In this document: positions 59,246-64,000 of the stretch, piece after piece
Layout: each line of letters opens with the position of its first letter
Numbering within the stretch: position 1 is the stretch's first letter
Assembly: GCF_000143415.4 (NCBI RefSeq)
Contig: NW_003314287.1
Coordinates: forward strand, 1-64,000
Source of the DNA: Selaginella moellendorffii
Lineage: Eukaryota > Plantae > Lycopodiophyta
Direction of reading: 5' to 3'
Length of the DNA stretch: 64,000 nt
The notes under the pieces: generated by a model
Database searches by the model: none
Seen by the model: the letters and a program-made list of their open reading frames with translations, nothing else
What the model was told of the DNA's origin: nothing
Translations under genes and position numbers: made by a program

Positions 59246-62136
59246 ATGGCGGAGCTCAAGGCGGAGGCCTCGGCGCGTCCTCACGCGGATCGCGATCGCA
59301 ATTGTGAGTTTCTAGCTGATTCTCGGGAGGATCCTAGTTCTCGGGTGGAACAAGAAGGTGTAGGGCTAGATTCTAGGAGGGATGATGTTCGCAAGGATGA
59401 GCAGCTTGATTTGGAGCGCGCCTCGGTAGCTCCTGGTGCCAGCGACGCTGAGGAGGACAAGAATGTCGAGGTAGTGAGGAGGGTAGATGATCCTGGAATT
59501 GATCAAAAGGAGGGAGAAAGGAGGTTTCATGGAGAGAAGGTCGAGGATGATTTGAATGAGGGAGAGAAAAACATCCAGGACGATGGAAGGGAAGAGAAGA
59601 AGCTCGAGGATGAGAGGGAGAAAAAGATCCAGGAAGAGAAGAAGCTCGAGGATGAGGGAGAGAAAAAGATCCAGGAGGAAGAGGGGAAGGTCGAGGATGA
59701 TCGAAGTGAGAGAGAGAAAAAGATCCAGGACGAGCAAGAGAAGAAGATCGAGGATGATCGAAATGAGGGAGAGAAAAAGATCCAGGACGAGCAAGAGAAG
59801 AAGATCGAGGATGATCGAAATGAGGGAGAGAAAAAGCTCCAGGACGATCTAGAAGTCGCTGGGAGCCAGGAGGAAATGCCGATGGAGGCTGCAGGCGACC
59901 CGACCAAGCCAAAGATCTTGCGGACGTTCGAGAGGAGGAAAAAGCCGATGAAGGTGTTCGAGAGAAGGAAGAAGAAGGTAGATGGTGAGGCTTCGGGTGG
60001 GAACGAGGACACTGAGAAGAAGGAGGCCATAGGTGCTGAGAAGAAAAAACTCAAGAGGCCGAGGCCGGATGATGGTGAGGATACAAAGCTGGCGCAGGAG
60101 GGCAAAGTCGCGAAGAAACCGAAGGAAGGAAAGCAGCGCAACCTGAAAGAGAAGCTAAGGGAAGAAAAACAGGGCACTTCCAAGGAGCAGTCAAAGGAAG
60201 GGAAGCTGAAAAACGTGAAGCAGACCAAGAAGCTGTTAAAGTGTCAGTCCGATGACTCAAAGAAGGAGTCGGGCGATGCAAATGGTTTATCGAGCGAGCG
60301 TAAAAGAACTCAGGACAGCGAAAAGAAAAAGGTCGAAAAGAAAGCCCTGAAGAGATCGAGTGATGCTGACATTAAGGATACAAAGCAGGCGAAGAAGAAC
60401 AAGGCCTCGAAGGAGACGACGGAGAAGCAGGACATTTTGAAGGAGCAGCTGAAGGAAGGGAAAAAGGAGACGCTGAAAGAAGGAAAGAAGGAGAAGCTGA
60501 AAGAAGGATTGAAGGACAAGGAGAAGGAAAAGTGGAACGATGTGAAGATCAAGGATCGGCCGAACCTGTTCAGGTCTCAGTCCAATGATTCAAAGAAGAA
60601 GGAGGCGAAAGTGTCTACTTCCAAAGAATCTAGCGACGGCAAAAGACCTGAGGTGGAAGATGCTAAAAAGCCCCTGAAGACTCTTCATGTGGAGCCCGAG
60701 GCCCTGAATAATACGTTGGAGGCAATCTCTACTCCGGTTTCGAGGCTTCTTGACGGTGGAGGTTCAAACAAAGTTCGTGAAGCGTAAGTACAGTTTTTGT
60801 CACATTCTACAACCCTTGTTCTGACTGGTTTTTGCTAATTCACAGTTACGAAGCTGCGAAAGAATTGAAGCAGCGTCGCCTAGCCCTGAAAGAGGAAACG
60901 GCGTCGGCATCCATGAAGTTTCTGAAAGCAGCGGCTGAATCAAAGCAGCAAACGCAATCGGACTCGCCTGTTTTCAAGGAACCTACACCGGACAATACAA
61001 GTCCCGCCGAGAAAGAGAAGCATGGAAGCGACGCTAAGAAACTCAAGGAAAGGGAGAAAGGAATAGCGCTGGAGACTTTCCAGGGGATGCTTGAAACGCT
61101 CACGCGAGCCAAAGAGAGCATTCAAAAAACTACGCTCTTTGCGATGGATTGCGCAAACAAAGGAATCGCCAAACAGGTATGGTCTTGGTTTTACGTTCCA
61201 TGGCTGACGGACGGTTTTACCAACAGGTCATGGATGCTATAATGCGCAAACTTAAGAGGGAACGCGAACACAAGAAGCGCGTAGATTTGTTGTTCTTGGT
61301 GGATTCCATGGCGCAGTATCATCATCACAAAGGTGGAAGTTTGTTGTCAGAGTTTTACAAGATTCTGACTCCGTGATGGTCTCCAGGTGGACCGGATTAT
61401 GCTTCTATCGTGGAAGGCTGTCTTGCTCGTTTCCTGACTGCCGTCGCTCCTCCAAACAGCCCCTCGGAAAATCGCCAGCAGTGTGTGAAGGTAAACTTCG
61501 TGTGCTTTCTTTCCACCGTGGCTTGATTCGTTTCCATCAGGTGGTGAACTTGTGGGTGAAGAGGAACATCATGAAAGAAACTCTCCTCAAGGACACCATC
61601 GCCAGGCTCGGCATGGAAGCGGGTCTCAACACCACACAGCGGCAGTACCAGCGTCACGACCGTGCATTCCACGATCCCATGCGTGAGATGGGCAGTGACA
61701 TGCTTGTGGACGAGTACGGCAGGTATGGCTCACAAGCGTTTCTCCCTCACACTCCCGAGGCATGGCTGACGTTTCCTTGTGGGCTTGTAGCAACACAAGC
61801 TTTCAGCTCCCTGGATTTCTCGTCCGGAGGGACGACGAGGAGGACGAAGAGATGGAGATGGAGATGGAGATGGAGATGGGAATGGATGTGTCTCCGGTGA
61901 AAGACCATAAGCTCAAGGTGGCTATGGAGGAAGCGCCAGAGCCCCAAAACGGTAGGACCCTCGTGGTGAAAAGAGGCGTAGAGAGGCTTGCGCCGCTACC
62001 AACGTCGCCACCACCATCGCCCCCGCCGCTACCAGCGATGCCACCGCCATCTCCTCCTCGGCCTCCGAGCTCGCCGCCTCCGCCATACCCGTCGACCATT
62101 ATCCAGCAAACTTGGCAGCAGCATCGACGGCAGTGA
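59246..62136 (+). CDS. HUA2/HULK-like CID-domain protein with Glu/Lys-rich N-terminus and Pro-rich C-terminus
   Basis: FQGMLETLTRAKESI...RVDLLFLVDS CID motif; DPMREMGSDMLVDEYGSNTSFQLPGF; PPLP tail. Confidence 0.82.
59540..59850 (+). repeat. Coding tandem repeat (about 57-bp unit, EDDRNEGEKKIQDEQEKKI)
   Basis: 57-bp periodicity visible at 59690-59850. Confidence 0.8.
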
Positions 62137-63663
62137 TTACCTTCTCATCGTATCTTGTAAAAAAAAATGGAAACCGGTGGTAAGTATGATCTCGTGCTAA
62201 GTTCTCGGCGGTCTAACGGAGTGCTACAGGGGCTGGTTCTTCCTTTCTATATACTCGAATCGCTCTCTCGTTTTTAATCCTGGGAAGAGATATCAGATGC
62301 GAACGAAGTGATATCTATCCGATCATTTTGCAACGCCGCGATGAGATGATGCTTTGCGGTAAAATCCCAGGGACCAATCCTTTTTTGTACTTGACTACTG
62401 TTAAACGAATATTCAGTCAAAGTCAAAGGGATATGCTTCTTGATTCGAAAGAGAGGTATGGCTTCTCGCACACTACTTTTTAATTTTATCGACTGACAAA
62501 ACCGTTCCCTGTAGTGATCAGAAGAAAGCCGCGCGTTTGCACGTAAAAGAGAGAGTACTGTGCTTATATTTGGTACGGGGGAAACTTGGCACGCACAAAC
62601 TGCGTGGAGGGCTTGTTTATATACGAACTGAACGTGAACAAGTCTCAAGCGTGAACGTAACAGGTCTGTGTCTGGCTGTTTCAAGTTATCTACTGATTGT
62701 TTTGTTGCGTTCCTTAGCTACATTGATGGATCAGATCATACGAACAAACTTGGCGAGCGAAACGCTTGAGCTGAGCACGAACTAGTGCCGTGGTCCTTTT
62801 GGCCCCGTGAGGAGTGAAGTGAGCTTCACTGCTAAGCGGAGCCAAAAGCTCTGCGGCACTAAGCTTGTCTGCAAAGCAAAGCGCTCGCAAACACTAGTCG
62901 GCCATTCAACACGGCAGGATCGGCGATTATGCTGCTACTAGAAGAAGAGAAAAAAAGAGTGGAGCACGAAAGTACACACATTCTGGTGGTCACATGGAGA
63001 AGACGTCAGCTGCGTGCGAGTTAGGAAGAGTCATGTGGAGGGTGTCTTTAAGGTACTGCCATCAGATTCGCTTCATTAGTTAGACAATCGTTGGCAGTTT
63101 GCGCGGTTTGTTTTGTTTTAGCTCTATTTTATCCTTGCGATCTTGCCGTTTCTTTCATTGTCTGAGCGTGATCTCTTTTGATCCTCAGGCACAACTCGCT
63201 GGATTTGTATGATACTCCACCGTGGTACCACCGGTTGCGTGAACTTTACCACCGTTTGCCATTAAAGCTGTGGTGTCGCAGGGAATGGTGATTCGGTGAT
63301 GTTTTCCTTGTTGGGCTTTTGGTTTGCTTGCTGTGGCTTTTGTTATTCTTTTCCAGGCTTTTTTTTTTCGTAGTGAATTGATTCGTTCTGTTTTCATGGT
63401 ATTGTTTGGTAGCTGCTTATACTGGGTCTTTGGTGTCGACTAACTACCTCTCTCCACCCATTTGATCTGATGTCAGGTCTCAATCAATTCACTGTGGATC
63501 TGTTCTTTGTATTTAAGGACAATGGCTATACGAACACTCTTACAGCTCAAAGGTGAAGCTAAGCTAGCTCTTCTCTCTCTTCTCTCTCGCGGTTCTTTCG
63601 ACACAATGTGAGTGAGAGAGGATTGTTGTAAAGCTTGTTTTCTCTTCCCTGTCGGCTAACGAC

Positions 63664-64000
63664 ATGATGAATTCATGGTATTCCAGGTCGCCAGTTCTCG
63701 CTGCTCTTGGATTTCTTCTCCACTGTACGCTGTTCCAGTTCGCTCAGGGACAAGGGTGGACAAGCGCTCATGCAACTTTCTATGGGGGAAGCGATGCAGC
63801 AGGGACAATGGGTACGTAATGCGTGAAGTTTTCTACAGTGAAGAGTTATAATATATGTGTGATGTTCTTCTTTTGTTTGTAGGTGGAGCTTGTGGTTATG
63901 GTAATTTGTACAGCCAAGGATACGGCAACAACAATGCCGCACTGAGCACTGCTTTGTTCAACTCTGGATTGAGCTGTGGTGCGTGCTTTGAGATCCGGTG
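63664..64000 (+). CDS. EXPA: Alpha-expansin, 5' part (exons 63664-63811 and 63883->64000)
   Basis: Signal peptide, [52 protein letters not shown]. Confidence 0.95.

Noticed and set aside
59366-60552. Long minus-strand Ser/Phe/Leu-rich ORFs
   Set aside because: Antisense of purine-rich Glu/Lys codons.

Overview
Plant genomic DNA with very short introns (about 45-75 nt), compact genes and cyanovirin-N-type lectins, most consistent with the lycophyte Selaginella (inference, no search run). Bases 1-37 kb are a transposon-rich block. An old chromodomain Ty3/Gypsy element (C) carries a solo LTR and a young non-coding LARD-like element (B), whose 5' LTR is interrupted by a young near-intact copy (A) of C's family; all three insertions have exact 5-bp TSDs. 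A 2.4-kb inversion follows, then an AT-rich cluster of secreted CVNH lectin and S1/SPH genes and a second decayed Gypsy (E). Bases 37-44 kb hold pseudogenes (DUF4470-like, fructokinase, PPR-DYW). Bases 44-64 kb are gene-dense: CLC, an orphan gene, a divergent alpha-tubulin, two GDSL lipases, a PGM-like gene, a vicilin-like cupin, a HUA2-like CID protein and an alpha-expansin. The most striking observation is that the A/C retrotransposon family has two GT-AG introns (47 and 52 nt) in its integrase, present in both copies. Splicing them restores HPQTDGQTER and QRFAGPY. The family also has a covarying multi-hairpin 3' UTR with tRNA-T-loop/B-box motifs, which is retained by the non-autonomous element B. 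All coordinates were counted by eye.
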